A DNA stretch of 64,000 nt, taken from positions 434,001-498,000 of the forward strand of contig CM069142.1 of assembly GCA_035221665.1 (NCBI GenBank), read 5' to 3'. The notes beneath the pieces were generated by a model that searched no databases, had not been told where the DNA came from, and saw nothing but the letters and a program-made list of their open reading frames with translations. The translations under genes and the position numbers were made by a program. Shown one piece after another: positions 1 to 12,548 of this stretch. Position 1 is the stretch's first letter. Each line of letters begins with the position of its first letter. The stretch comes from Okamejei kenojei (lineage: Eukaryota).

Positions 1-1380
1 TTGCAAGGAAAAGTGCCTGGAGAGGCGGTGGTTCAGGTGGGAAGGGACAAATTGACCAGGGAGTTACGGAGGGAGCGGTCTCTGCGGAAAGCAGATGGGA
101 GGAGATGGGAAGATGTAGCCAGTGGTGGGATCCCGTTGGAGGTGGCGAAAATGTCGGAGGATTATTTGTTGCATGTGACGGCAGGTGAGGTGGAAGGTGA
201 GGACAAGGGGGACTCTGCGCTTGTTGTGAGTGGGGACATGGGGAGTGACAGCAGAGTCACAGGGTATAGAAGAGACCCTGGTGAGAGCCTCATCTATAGT
301 AGAAGTGGGGAACCCCCGTTCCCTGAAGAATGACATCTCCAATTCCCTGGTGTGGAACACCTCATCCTGGTGCAGATGCGGCGTAGACGGAGGAATTGGG
401 AGTATGCGATGGAGTCCTTACAGGAAGCAGGGTGGAAAGAAGTGTAGTCCAGATAGCCATGGGAGAGTGGGTTTATAGTGGATGTCGTTCAGTAGTCTAT
501 CACCTGTGATGGAGATAGTGAGGTCAAGAAATGGTAAGGAAATGTAAGGAAAGCACCAATGCAGCCGTCGATGTAGCGGAGGTAGAGTTCGGGGATAGGG
601 CCATGGTGTGCCTCGAACAAGGATTGTTCAACGTACCTGTTATGACTCCCGAATGCAGGTACTTCAGAGCCTCGTAACATAGTCAAAAACCAGGCTCAAG
701 TTCAAGAAAATTGTATTTTATTTAGTTAAAACCCAAACCTGATTCAAATAACCCAATCAAGGACAAGAATAAACTAATAAACAAAGATAACAGTGCTCCA
801 GCCAGCCTCTCAATGGGCCGTCGAACTAGAGTCTATAACCTGCCTAAATGGCAATAACCCTGAAACAAAATACACGAAAACCCTCAGGTCAGTCCTTATC
901 TGTCCCAATTCAATATTATTTGACAAATGTAGGTAATAATACACAAAGTTCTATGCCATGTGACCAGGCCTCCTGCAGTTCAAAATACAGTCTGTTCATG
1001 AGTCAGGGTCGATGAAGAGAGAGAGAATTCTGGGAGACTCCTGGTATTTAAGCTTCCGATGAGTCACCCGTCACCTGACGCAGCTTGGCCAATCGGGTAC
1101 AGGAGCCCTTAACTCCTTGATTCCTGACTCCCAGCCACGGGGCCTGCACTGAGGAGAGAAACAAAAGAGTTAAGTACATAGCATTCACCAGAGGGGTGGG
1201 AGAAGTACCTAACAGTACCCTACAAAGAGGCAGGCATAGCTAGGCCTCATGCGCGTGCCCATAGCTATGCCTTGTATTTGAAGGAAATGGTATGAGTCAA
1301 CCCAAAAGTTATTAAGGGTAAGGACCAGCTCCGCTAGGCGGAGGAGAGTATCTGTAGATGGGCATTGGTTGGTTCTGCAG
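1..1380 (-). mobile_element. Penelope-like element, RT fragment (split by a solo LTR)
   Basis: Minus-strand peptides LLRLAELVLTLNNF...QIQGIAMGTRMRPSYACLFVGY, then VEQSLFE...YLRYIDGCIG and SFFRERGFP...RVPLVLTFH, typical of Penelope RT. The reading FVGY|VEQ is continuous across the 638-1214 insertion. Confidence 0.85.
638..1214 (-). mobile_element. Solo LTR (Gypsy or BEL type)
   Basis: TGTTA...TAACA termini and an exact 5-bp TSD GTACC (633-637 and 1215-1219). AATAAA and a TATA-like motif lie on the minus strand. It interrupts Penelope coding sequence. Confidence 0.85.
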
Positions 1381-3541
1381 TCGAGGATGGTGTGGTTCCT
1401 TGATGATGCTGCCAGCCTTTTTGAGGCAGCCACTACGATAGATCCCCTCGTTGGTAGGGTGGTCAGAGCCGATGATGGACTGGGCAGTGCTTACTACTTT
1501 TTGTAGTCTTTTCCGCTCCTGAGGGCTCAAGTTGCCGAACCAAGCCACTATGCAACCGGTCAGCATGCTCTCCACTGTACACCTGTAGAAGTTAGAGAGA
1601 GTCCTCCTTGACATACCAACGCTCCGTAATCTTCTCAGGAAGTAGAGTCGCTGATGTGCTTTCTTAATAATTGCATCAGTGTTCTCGGACTAGGAGAGAC
1701 CTTCAGAAATATGCACTCCCAGGAATTTGAAGCTCTTGACCCTCTCCACCATCGACCCATTGATATAAACGGGACTGTGGGTCCCCATCCTATCACAATC
1801 GGTTCCTTGTTTTTGCTGGTGTTGTGGGCCAGGTTATTGTGCTGGCACCATTTTGTCCGTCGGTCGATCTCACTTCTATACTCTGACTTGTCCCTGTCAG
1901 TGATACGTGCCACAACAGTGGTGTCGTCAGCGAACTTGATGTTGGAGTTCGCACTATGACCGGCTACGCAGTCATGAGTATAGAGTGAGTGCAGCAGGGG
2001 CCTGAGGACGCAGCCTTGAGGTGCTCCCGTGCTGATTGTTATCGAGGATGACACATTTCCACCAATACGAACAATCTGTGGTCTTTGTATGAGGAAGTTG
2101 AGGAAGTCTGCAAAAACTCCAGCCAGTTGGTCCTCACAGGTTTTTAGAACACGACGCATTGAGCTCGTCAGGGAGTGATGTTTCGCCGACATTCAAGCTA
2201 CCTCTTGATTTTGCTTTGTAGGAGGGGATTGCATTCAGGCCCCGCCACAGTTGCTGAACATCTGTCTCATCCTCCAGCTTGGAGCAGAAGTCCCTTTTGG
2301 CCTTTTTGATGGCCTTACCAAGGTTATATCTGGACTTCTTGTAGACCACTGTATCATCAGACATGAATGCCCAGTGCCTGGTCTTCAGAGTTCATCCAAA
2401 ACCTCTGATTGGGAAACACTCGGAAGGTTTTTGTGGAGTTTCAGTCCTGCACACATTTCTTTATGAAGTCTGTAACAACTGTGGCTTATTCATTCAGGTC
2501 CGTTGCCGAATCCCTGAACATTGCACTGTCTACAGACTCCAAACAGTCCTGGGGTTGCACCTCTGACCCCCCCCTACCCCCCTTCCTCCCCCCTCTCTGA
2601 CCAGCTCTGTACAGTCCTCACCTCTGGGGGTGCGCTCTTCAATTGCTGCCTGTAGGCAGGGAGAAGCAGCACCGTGGTGTGGTCGGATTTACCGAAGTGA
2701 GGGCGAGGGATAGAGCGGTAGGCATCTTTGATGGTGGTTTAGCAGTGGTCGAGGGTGTTTGGTCCTCTGGTTCAGCAGGAGACATGTTGGTGGAAGTTAG
2801 GGAGCGATTTCTTGAGGTTTGCTTTTTTGAAGTCCCCGGCTATGGTAGTAAATGTCTCGGGGTAAGACGTCTGGCGTTTTTTGACCACGGCATGCAGCTC
2901 CTCCAGTGCCAGATGGACGTCTGCCTGGGGTGGGATGTAGACTGCGGTCTGGATGGAGGTGAATGCCCTTGGAAGGTAGAAGGGGCGGCACTTCACCGCC
3001 AGATGTTCGAGGTGTGGAGAGGGTGCCCGGACGTGGCGCCGACGGACGAGAAGCTGAAGCAAAGAATTCGAAGCCAAAGAACAGAATGGAAACGAGGCCG
3101 AAACACCAATAAATCGAAAGAGTCTGAAGACGAAACACCTACTAACCAAAAGAATGGGACGCCTAAATGCAAACTAACCAAAAGGGTGGGACGCCTAAAA
3201 GCCAATGAACCGAAAAGCTGCGTCATCTAAAAGCAAACTTACCAAATGCCCGCTCTCGAAACGCCACCTACCCGAAAGGCAGCGCCGCCTACAGGCCAAA
3301 GGACCGACTGCCGCTCAACAGAAAAGTCCAATAACGGACATGACGTTGCCGGGGGGAGGGACTTGTCAGCCATTGTTCCAGACCCCAGCGTCCATCACAT
3401 CACTGTGAAGGCATGAACATTATCCCAAACCTCCGCTCCACCCGATCCGCAGCCCGCGGAGGGTGGCCATGGGAGAGTGGGGGCTGCACACCTTCGGCCG
3501 CTTTCAATTTGGTGCTTGGGTTCAGATTGCCCAGTCACCTA

Positions 3542-5154
3542 CAGTGGCTTGCAAAAGTTGTCATACCCCCTGAACCTTTCCACATTTTGTCACGTTACAA
3601 CCACAAACGTAAATGTATTTTATTTGGATTTATGTGATAGACCAACACAAAGTGGCGCATAATTGTGAAATGGAAGGAAAATGATACACGGTTTTCACAT
3701 TTTTTTACAAATAAAAAACTGAAAAGTGTGGCGTGCAAAAGTATTCAGCCCCCTTTACTCTGCTACCCCTAAATAAAATCCAGTGCAACCAATTGCCTTC
3801 AGAAGTCACCTAATTAGTAAATAGAGTCCACTTGTGTGTAATCTAATCTCAGTATAAATACAGCTGTTCTGTGAAGGCCTCAGAGGTTTGTTAGAGAACA
3901 TTAGTGAACAAACAGCATCATGAAGCCCAAGGAACACATCAGACAGGTCAAGGATAAAGTTGTGGAGAAGTTTAAAGCAGGGTTAGGTTATAAAACAATA
4001 TCCCAAGCTTTGAACATCTCACGGAGCACTGTTCAATCCATCATCCAAAAATGGAAAGAGTATGGTACAACTGTAAACCTACCAAGACATGGCCGTCCAC
4101 CTAAACTGACAGGCCAGGCAAGGAGAGCATTGATCAGAGAAGCAGCCAAGAGGCCCATGGTAACTCTGGAGGAATTGCAGAGATCCACGGCTCAGGTGGG
4201 AGAATCTGTCCACAGGACAACTATTAGTCGTGCACTCCACAAATCGGGCCTTTATGGAAGAGTGGCAAGACGAAAGCCATTGTTGAAACAAAGCCATAAG
4301 AAGTCCCGTTTGCAGTTTGCCACAAGCCATGTGGGGGACACAGCAAACATGTGGAGGAAGGTGCTCTGGTCTGATGAGACCAAAATTGAAGTTTTTGGCC
4401 TAAATCCAAAACGCTATGTGTGGCGGAAAACTAACACTGCACATCACCCTGAACACACATCCCCACTGTGAAACATGGTGGTGGCAGCATCATGCTGTGG
4501 AGATGCTTTTCTTCAGCAGGGACAGGGAAGCTGGTCAGTTGATGGGAAGATGGATGGAGCCACATACAGGGCAATCTTGGAAGAAAACCTGTTAGAGTCT
4601 GCAAAAGACTTGAGACTGGGGCAGAGGTTCACCTTCCTGCAGGACAACAACGCTAAACATACAGCCAGAGCTACAATGGAATGGTTTAGATCAAAGCATA
4701 TTCATGTGTTAGAATGGCCCAGTGAGAGTCCAGACCTAAATCCAATTGAGAATCTCTGGCAAGACTTGAAAATTGCTGTTCACAGACGCTCTCCATCCAA
4801 TCTGACTGAGCTTGAGCTATTTTGCAAAGAAGCATGGGCAAAGATTTCAGTTTCTGGATGTGCAAAGCTGGTAGAGACATACCCCAAAAGACTTGCAGCT
4901 GTAATTGCAGCGAAAGGTGGTTCTACAAAGTATTGACTCAGAGGGGCTGAATACTTTTGCACGCCACACTTTTCAGTTTTATATTTGTAATAAAATTTGG
5001 AAACCATGTATCATTTTCCTTCCGCTTCACAATTATGCACCAATTTGTGTTGGTCTATCACATAAAATCCCAATAAAATATATTTCCGTTTGTGGTTGTA
5101 ACGTGACAAAATGTGGAAAAGTTCAAGGGGTATGAAAACTTTTGCATGCCACTG
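3542..5154 (+). mobile_element. Tc1 transposon, IR/DR type
   Basis: TA|CAGTGGCTTGCAAAAG ... CTTTTGCATGCCACTG|TA, with ~210-bp TIRs and a TA TSD. Confidence 0.95.
3920..4936 (+). pseudogene. Tc1 transposase, DD34E, with two compensating small deletions (~4460, ~4537)
   Basis: Paired-like HTH with GRPPK, WSDETK, QD...WPSESPDLNPIENLW and 34 residues between the second D and E. ORFs 3920-4471 and 4475-4936 share a frame. Confidence 0.92.
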
Positions 5155-5189
5155 TATGGCTTGTGTGGGAAAATGAACCCCACAGCTCC

Positions 5190-5406
5190 CATCTCCCCGT
5201 TCTCTCTCCCCCTTCTCTCTCTCCCCCTCTCTCTCTTCCTTCTCTCTCTCCCTCCTCCTCTCTCTCCCTCCTCCTCTCTCCCCTCTTCTCTCTCCCTCCT
5301 CCTCTCTCCCCTCTTCTCTCTCTCCTCCGCTCTCTTCCCCTCCTCTCTCCCCCTTCTCTCTCCCCTCTTCTCTCTCTCCCCCTCTCTCTCTCCCCTCTTC
5401 CCCTCT
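5190..5406. repeat. CT-rich low-complexity (polypyrimidine) tract
   Basis: About 215 nt almost entirely C/T. Confidence 0.9.
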
Positions 5407-6510
5407 TGGCGTGTAGGCGACGCCGCCTTTTGGGTAGGTGGCGTTTTGACCGAGCGACCATTCGGTAAGTTTGCTTTTAGGTGACGCAGCTTTTCGGTTT
5501 GTTGGCTTTTAGGCGTCCCACCCTTTCGGTTTGTTTGTATTTAGGCGTCCCACCCTTTCGGTTTGTTTGTATTTACGTGTCCCATCCTTTCACTTAGTGG
5601 CCGTTTCATCATCATTTCATCATCAGTTCTTTGGCTTCAACTTCTTTGCTTCGGCCTCTCGTCCGTCGGCGCCACGTCCACGCACGGTGAAGAGAAGGAG
5701 TTGGACAGGACTGCCACATCTGAGCACCATGTAGAGCTGACCATGAGGCAGATGCCCCCACCTCTCCCTTTCCCAGATGTCTGCATACGGTCCCATACGG
5801 TGGATGGAGAACCCTTCAGGCTGGACTGCTGAGTCTGGGGAGCTGGGGGTGAGCTATGTCTCTGTGAAACAGAACACAGAGCATTCCCTCAGCTCCCTTT
5901 GATTAAGCAGCCTTGCCCTTAGGTCCTTCACTTCATTTTCTAGTGACTGTACGTTGGCCAGTAGGATAGTAGGGAGAGGGGGCCGAAGTCCCCTCCGCTT
6001 CAGCCTTACTTGCAGTCCTACCCGACGGCCACGTTTCCGTACTCCATGCAGCCCTCCTCGCTGTTTACAGGTACAGTACTTACGGGTCTCCGGGAGGTCG
6101 GGGAATCTCCTGCGATTGGGAATTCCCATACAGTCTTCACCTCCAGCTCCATTGCTGCTGGGAGATCCTGCCCGACGGCTTCAATTTCGGACTCCCTGGA
6201 GGCCTCCCCGGTGTTTGCAGGTAAGGTTCTTGCTGTGCCTGCGCTCCTCCGCAAAGTTAGGGAATCCCCTCTGACCAGGGGTTCCCTGATCGGTGCTAAT
6301 CTCAGGGATTCCCTTACCGGCGCACTAAATGCATTAGCAGCTCGCTACTTACGACAATGATTCCAATGGATTTCCTGATGCAGGTGAGTTCATGAATGCT
6401 GCATTTCATTGTTTTTCTTTGTGCCGTTCTTCGTGCCGTTCGCAAAATGTCGCCGCAGCTAGGCGCCATCTTTTTGACGATGGCGTCAAAATGGCAGATG
6501 GTGATGACGA

Positions 6511-6712
6511 TTGTCTAGTCCTTTCATAATTTTATATGTTTCTGTGAGATATCCCCTCATCCTTCTAAACTCCAGTAAATACAAGCCTAGTCTTTTCAAT
6601 CTTTCCTCATATGACAGTCCCGCCATCCCAGCGATCAATCTTGTGAACAGACGCTGCACTGCCTCAATCACAAGGATGTCCTTCCTCAAATTAGGAGACC
6701 AAAACTGTACCC
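6511..6712 (-). mobile_element. CR1 LINE fragment
   Basis: [33 protein letters not shown]. Confidence 0.85.
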
Positions 6713-7182
6713 AAATTAATATTTATTTTGAAACAAATGATATCCCAGAAAACACCCTTGCCACATTGTGGGAGACCTATTTGAGGGGATGTGTAATCTC
6801 ATTCGTAATTGTAAGAAAAAAAAGCAATAAAATATAAATAGAAGAATTAGAAAAACTGATCCAACAACTGGACTGGGATAACACACTCTCTCCCTCCCCT
6901 GATTTACATAGGAAAATATCAAATTTGAGATATCAATATAATCAATTACTCTGTGCCAAAATAAGCAAGGCGTTTTTATACACCAAACAAAAATACTTTG
7001 AATTCGGAGACAGACAGCACAAATTATTGGCACGACAGCTAAGAAAAATGGAGACTGACCGAACAATACATAAAATTAAGAGTAACAATGGAACATTGCT
7101 ATCAAAATCCAAAGACATAAGATAGATTCCTAGAGTTTTAATCCAGCCTATATATGCCCAGATGCACCGCATACTCCCCTGA

Positions 7183-9935
7183 CATAGAAACATAGAAACA
7201 TAGAAATTAGGTGCAGGAGTAGGCCATTCAGCCCTTCGAGCCTGCACCGCCATTCAATATGATCATGGCTGATCATCCAACTCAGTATCCCGTACCTGCC
7301 TTCTCTCCATACCCTCTGATCCCCTTAGCCACAAGGGCCACATCCAACTCACTCTTAAATATAGCCAATGAACTGGCCTCAACTACCCTCTGTGGCAGAG
7401 AGTTCCAGAGACTCACCACTCTCTGTGTGAAAAAAGTCTTTCTCATCTCGGTCTTAAAGGATTTCCCCCTTATCCTTAAACTGTGACCCCTTGTCCTGGA
7501 CTTCCCCAACATCGGGAACAATCTTCCTGCATCTAGCCTGTCCAACCCCTTAAGAATTTTGTAAGTTTCTATAAGATCCCCTCTCAATCTCCTAAATTCC
7601 AGAGAGTATAAACCGAGTCTTTCCAGTCTTTCTTCATAAGACAGTCCTGACATCCCAGGAATCAGTCTGGTGAACCTTCTCTGCACTCCCTCTATGGCAA
7701 TAATGTCCTTCCTCAGATTTGGAGACCAAAACTGTACGCAATACTCCAGGTGTGGTCTCACCAAGACCCTGTACAACTGAAGTAGAACCTCCCTGCTCCT
7801 GTACTCAAATTCTTTTGCTATGAAAGCTAACATACCATTCGCTTTTTTCACTGCCTGCTGCACCTGCATGCCTACTTTCAATGACTGGTGTACCATGACA
7901 CCCAGGTCTCGCTGCATCTCCCCTTTTCCTAATCGGCCACCATTTAAATAATAGTCTGCTTTCCTGTTTTTGCCACCAAAGTGGATAACCTCACATTTAT
8001 CCACATTATACTGCATCTGCCAAACATTTGCCCACTCACCCAGCCTATCCAAGTCACCTTGCAGTCTCCTAGCATCCTCCTCACAGCGAACACTGCCCCC
8101 CAGCTTAGTGTCATCCGCAAACTTGGAGATATTGCCTTCAATTCCCTCATCCAGATCATTAATATATATTGTAAATAGCTGGGGTCACAGCACTGAGCCC
8201 TGCGGTACCCCACAAGTTACTGCCTGCCATTGTGAAAAGGACCCGTTTACTCCTACTCTTTGCTTCCTGTTTGCCAGCCAGTTCTCTATCCACATCAATA
8301 CTGTACCCCTAATACCGTATGCTTTAAGTTTGTATACTAATCTCTTATGTGGGACCTTGTCGAAAGCCTTCTGGAAGTCCAGATATACCACATCCACTGG
8401 TTCTCCCTTATCCACGCTACTAGTTACATCCTCGAAAAATTCCACAAGATTCGTCAGACATGATTTACCTTTCGTAAATCCATGCTGACTTTGTCCAATG
8501 ATTTCACCACTTTCCAAATGTGCTGCTATCCCATCTTTAATAACTGACTCTAGCAGTTTCCCCACTACCGATGTTAGACTAACTGATCTGTAATTCCCCG
8601 TTTTCTCTCTCCCTCCCTTCTTAAAAAGAGGGGTTACATTTGCTACCCGCCAATCCTCAGGAACTACTCCAGAATCTAAAGAGTTTTGAAAGATTATCAC
8701 TAATGCATCCACTATTTCCTGAGCTACTTCCTTAAGTTACTCTGGGATGCAGCCTATCTGGCCCTGGGGATTTATCGGCCTTTAATCTATTCAATTTACC
8801 CAACACCACTTCCCGACTGACCTGCATTTCACTCAATTCCTCCTTTGACCCACAGTCCCCTGCTATTTCAGGCAGATTATTTATGTCTTCCTTAGTGAAG
8901 ACGGAACCAAAGTAGTTATTCAATTGGTCCACCATATCCTTGTTCCCCATGATCAACTCACCTGTTTCTGACTGCAAGGGACCTACATTTGTTTTAACTA
9001 ACCTCTTTCTCTTCACATATCTATAAAAACTTTTGCAGTCAGTTTTTATGTTCCCTGCCAGTTTTCTTTCATAATCTATTTTTCCTTTCCTAATTAAGCC
9101 CTTTGTCCTCCTCTGCTGGTCTCTGAATTTCTCCCAGTCCTCTGGTATGCTGCTTTTTCTGGCTACTTTGTACGCATCATCCTTTGCCTTGATACTATCC
9201 CTGATTTCCCTTGTTATCCACCGATGCACTACCTTCCCCGATTTATTCTTTTGCCAAACTGGGATGAACAATTTTTGTAGTTTCATCCATGCAGTCTTTA
9301 AATGTCTTCCATTGTATATCCACCGTCAACCCTTTTAGAATTAATTGCCAGTCAATCTTGGCCAATTCACGTCTCATACCCTCAAAGTTACCTTTCTTTA
9401 AGTTCAGAACCATTGTTTCTGAATTAACAATGTCACTCTCCATCCTAATGAAGAACTCAACCATATTATGGTCACTCTTGCCCAAGGGGGCACGTACAAT
9501 AAGACGGCTAATTACCCCTTCCTCATTACTCAAAACCCAGTCTAAAATAGCCTGCTCTCTTTGTTGGTTCCTCTACATGTTGATTTAGATAACTATCCCG
9601 CATACATTCCAAAAAATCCTCTTCCTCAGCACCCCTGCCAATTTGATTAACCCAATCTATATGTAGATTGAAGTCACCCATTATAACTGTTTTGCCTTTG
9701 TCGCAAGCATTTCTAATTTCCTGTTTGATACCATCCCCAACTTCTCTGCTACTGTTAGGTGGCCTGTACACAACACCCACCAGCGTTTTCTGCCCCTTAG
9801 TGTTTTGTAGCTCTACCCATACCGATTCCACATCCTCCAAGCTAATGTCCTTCCTTTCCATTGCGTTAATCTCCTCTCTAACCAGCAACGCTACCCCACC
9901 TCCTTTTCCTTTCTCTCTATCCCTCCTGAATATTG
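7183..9935 (-). mobile_element. CR1 LINE (family A), 5'-truncated, near-intact ORF2
   Basis: APE VGVVYRPPNS, MGDFN, KSDHN. RT QHGF, YLDFQKAFDKVPH, GVPQGSVL. Tail (ATAGAAAC)n, TSD TGACA. Confidence 0.95.
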
Positions 9936-10696
9936 AATGACAAGAATGACTTTCTTAATAAATGCAATCTCCCTAAATTGAGTGAAGAAGAATGCAATGG
10001 TCTTAACTTTGATCACCCTGTTATAGAGATTCAAAGAGCCATCTTGACTCTTAAAACTGGTAAAGTACCAGGCCCAGATGGACTTCCAAGTGAAGCACAA
10101 TCAGATGGAGCCCTACCACCAACACTAACTGAAGCAACAATTACAGTGATTCATAAGAAAGGAAAAGATGCCCAAAAAGTATTTTCATACCGTCTGATCT
10201 CACTGCATAGATAGCAAGCTATTTGTTAAAATCTTAGCCAACAGATTAAGCCCATTAATAAGTAAATTTATACACAAAGATCAAACTGGGTTCATATCTA
10301 ATAGACAATCCACTTTTAACTTGAGACGTCTGTTTAATATCATGTAGACAAAAAGAGAAGGAAACAACGACTAGGCTATACTTACGCTTGACGTGGAAAA
10401 AGCATTTGACCAGATTGAATGGCCATACTTATTCGAGCTCCTCAAGATATTTAACTTTGGATACAACTTTTTGGAATGGATTAAGCTTCTGTATAAAAAT
10501 CCGACAGCACAAACCCTCACAAACCAAATGCTCTCACCTCCCTTTAATTTGTTCAGGGGAACAAAAAAGGGCTGCCCCCTATCAGCATTAATATTTGCCG
10601 TTGATTAGATTAGATCCCCGTATTCATGGTTACGACACAAAATAGACTACAAATAAAATATATTTGTATGCGAATGATATCCTACTGTACATAATA

Positions 10697-11186
10697 GTCA
10701 ACAAAATAGAGAGAGTATAGAGGAGATTTACTAGAATGTTGCCTGGGTTCCAGCAACTATGTTACAGAGAAATGTTGAACAAGTTAGGTCTTTATTCTTT
10801 GGAGCGCAGAAAGGGGGACTTGATTGAGGTCTTTAAAATGATGAAAGGGATAGACAGAGTTGACGTGGATAAGCTTTTCCCATTGAGGGTAGGGAAGATT
10901 CAAACAAGAGGGCATGACATGCAAATTAAGGGACGGAGGGGTAACATGAGGGAGAACTTCTTTAGACAGAGGGTGGTGGCTGTGTGGAATGAGCTTCCAG
11001 CAGAAGTGATGGAGGCAGGATCGATTTTAACATTTAAAAGTAAAGTGGATAGGTATATGGACGGGAAGGGAATGGAGGGGTATGGTCTGAGTTCAGGTAG
11101 ATGGGACTAGGGGAAAACAAATGGTTGGCACGGACTGGAAGGGCCGAGAGGGCCTGTTTCCGTGCTGTAATTGTTATATGGTTATA
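10697..11186 (+). mobile_element. CR1 (family B) 3' fragment
   Basis: MLPGFQQLCYRE...VAVWNELPAEV...GRWD, followed by the GTAATTGTTATATGGTTAT tail. Confidence 0.9.
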
Positions 11187-11447
11187 ATGGGATGTCAAAC
11201 AACTATTCCACAGATACTGGAAAAAATTAACCTGTTTGGTACATTTTCAGGCTACACTATTAACTGCAATAAAAGTATACTGTTGCCAGTTCATACCATC
11301 CCCTCAAATACATTGGAGAGTTTTCCTTTCAGAGTAACAACAGATAAATTTACCTATCTAGGGATTGAGGTTACAAAGCGTTATTCTTCCCTTTTACAGG
11401 CCAATTTCCTTCCCTTGTTAGAAAACCTAAAAAGTATAATCCAATTC

Positions 11448-12548
11448 AATGGAAGTGGCGGCGCTGCGTGGCAGCTGCGGCTCACCTGCAGTCCGTCTGT
11501 TTTTTTCGTTTTTTTTGTCCTTTTGTGTCTGTTTTTAGTTAGAATTTTGGTTTTTTTAGGCTGTGTTTGTGTGTGGGGGGGGGGAGGGTGGGAGAAACAA
11601 GGTTTTAGTCTCTCCCTTCGGGGGGATGCGACCTTTTCTTGTCGTGTCCCCCGTCACCGTCTCCGTCTGTGCTGAGGCCTAATGGCGGAGCTGGTGGCCT
11701 CGGAGCTGTGGCGAGCGTTCAGAGCTCCAGTGTTCCAGCGGCGGCGGCGGCCCGGCTTCGGGGCTTCGGCGCTCCAGCAGTTGCTCCAGCGGTGCTCCAG
11801 CAGCGGCCCGGCATTGGCGCTCCGGCGGCTCTCCAGCGGGTGCTCCAGCGGCGGCCCGGCTTCGGCGCTCCGGCGGCTCCGGCGGCTCTCCAGCGGCTCT
11901 CCAGCAGGTGCTCCAGCGGCGGCCCGGCTTCGGCGCTCCGGCGGCTCCGGCGGCTCTCCAGCGGATCTCCAGCAGGTGCTCCAGCAGCGGCCCGGCATTG
12001 GCGCTCCGGCGGCTCTCCAGCGGGTGCTCCAGCGGCGGCCCGGCTTCGGCGCTCCGGCGGCTCTCCAGCGGCTCTCCGGCGGGTGTTCCAGCGGCGGCCC
12101 GGCTTCGGCGCTCCGGCGGCTCCGGCGGCTCTCCAGCGGCTCCCCAGCAGGTGCTCCAGCGGCGGCCCGGCTTCAGAGCTCCGGCGGCTCCAGCGTTCCC
12201 GTGGTCGATCCTGGCTGGGGGCTGTGGTGGTGTTCCGGCGTTCCGGCGGCGGCGGCGGTGGCGGCCTGGCTTCGGAGGCTCGGCCGCGGGCCTGGTGGAC
12301 GATGACATCGAAGGCCTGGATTGCCTCAGTACAGAGGGGGAACAAGTAGGGGAAAATGACAAAGACTTTAAGACTTTTGCCTTCCACCACAGTGAGGAGG
12401 TGCTTGGTGAACTCACTGTGGTGGATGTTAAATTATGTGTTTATTGTGTGTTTTGTTTTAATTTATTACATGTTATGACTGCAAGGTAACAAATTTCGTT
12501 CAGACCGAAAGGTCTGAATGACAATAAAGGAATCTGAATCTGAATCTG
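11448..12548 (+). mobile_element. Non-autonomous retroposon with internal GC-rich minisatellite, 3' hairpin and (GAATCT)n tail
   Basis: TSD AATTC (11443-11447 and 12549-12553). The host L1 reading KSIIQF|WKTLP is restored on removal. Hairpin TTCAGACC-GAAA-GGTCTGAA at 12499-12518, then AATAAA. Confidence 0.8.
11700..12290. repeat. GC-rich complex minisatellite (CTCCAGCGG/CTCCGGCGG units)
   Basis: Direct tandem motifs that produce stop-free ORFs in all six frames. Confidence 0.9.

Larger units (their letters stand above)
3022..5686. mobile_element. Non-autonomous DNA transposon with long (~270 bp) TIRs and subterminal repeats; superfamily unassigned
   Basis: About 3022-3290 is an inverted repeat of about 5410-5686 (GGACGTGGCGCCGACGGACGAG...). 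Flanks are GTGGAGAG (3014-3021) and GTGAAGAG (5687-5694). It interrupts the Rex1 endonuclease. Confidence 0.75.
1381..6475 (-). mobile_element. Rex1/Babar LINE, degenerate, with internal deletion and nested insertions
   Basis: APE motifs PTILLANVQSLEN...VFCFTET and HLAVKCRPFYLPRAF...VYIPPQ...AGDF. RT motifs STGAPQGCVL...KFADDT. C-terminal FYRCTVESMLTGCIVAWFGN. Confidence 0.85.

Noticed and set aside
5113-5484. Ser/Leu/Pro- and Arg/Glu-rich ORFs
   Set aside because: Translation of the CT low-complexity tract.
11639-12489. Overlapping ORFs of up to ~245 aa in six frames
   Set aside because: Artefact of a stop-free GC minisatellite.
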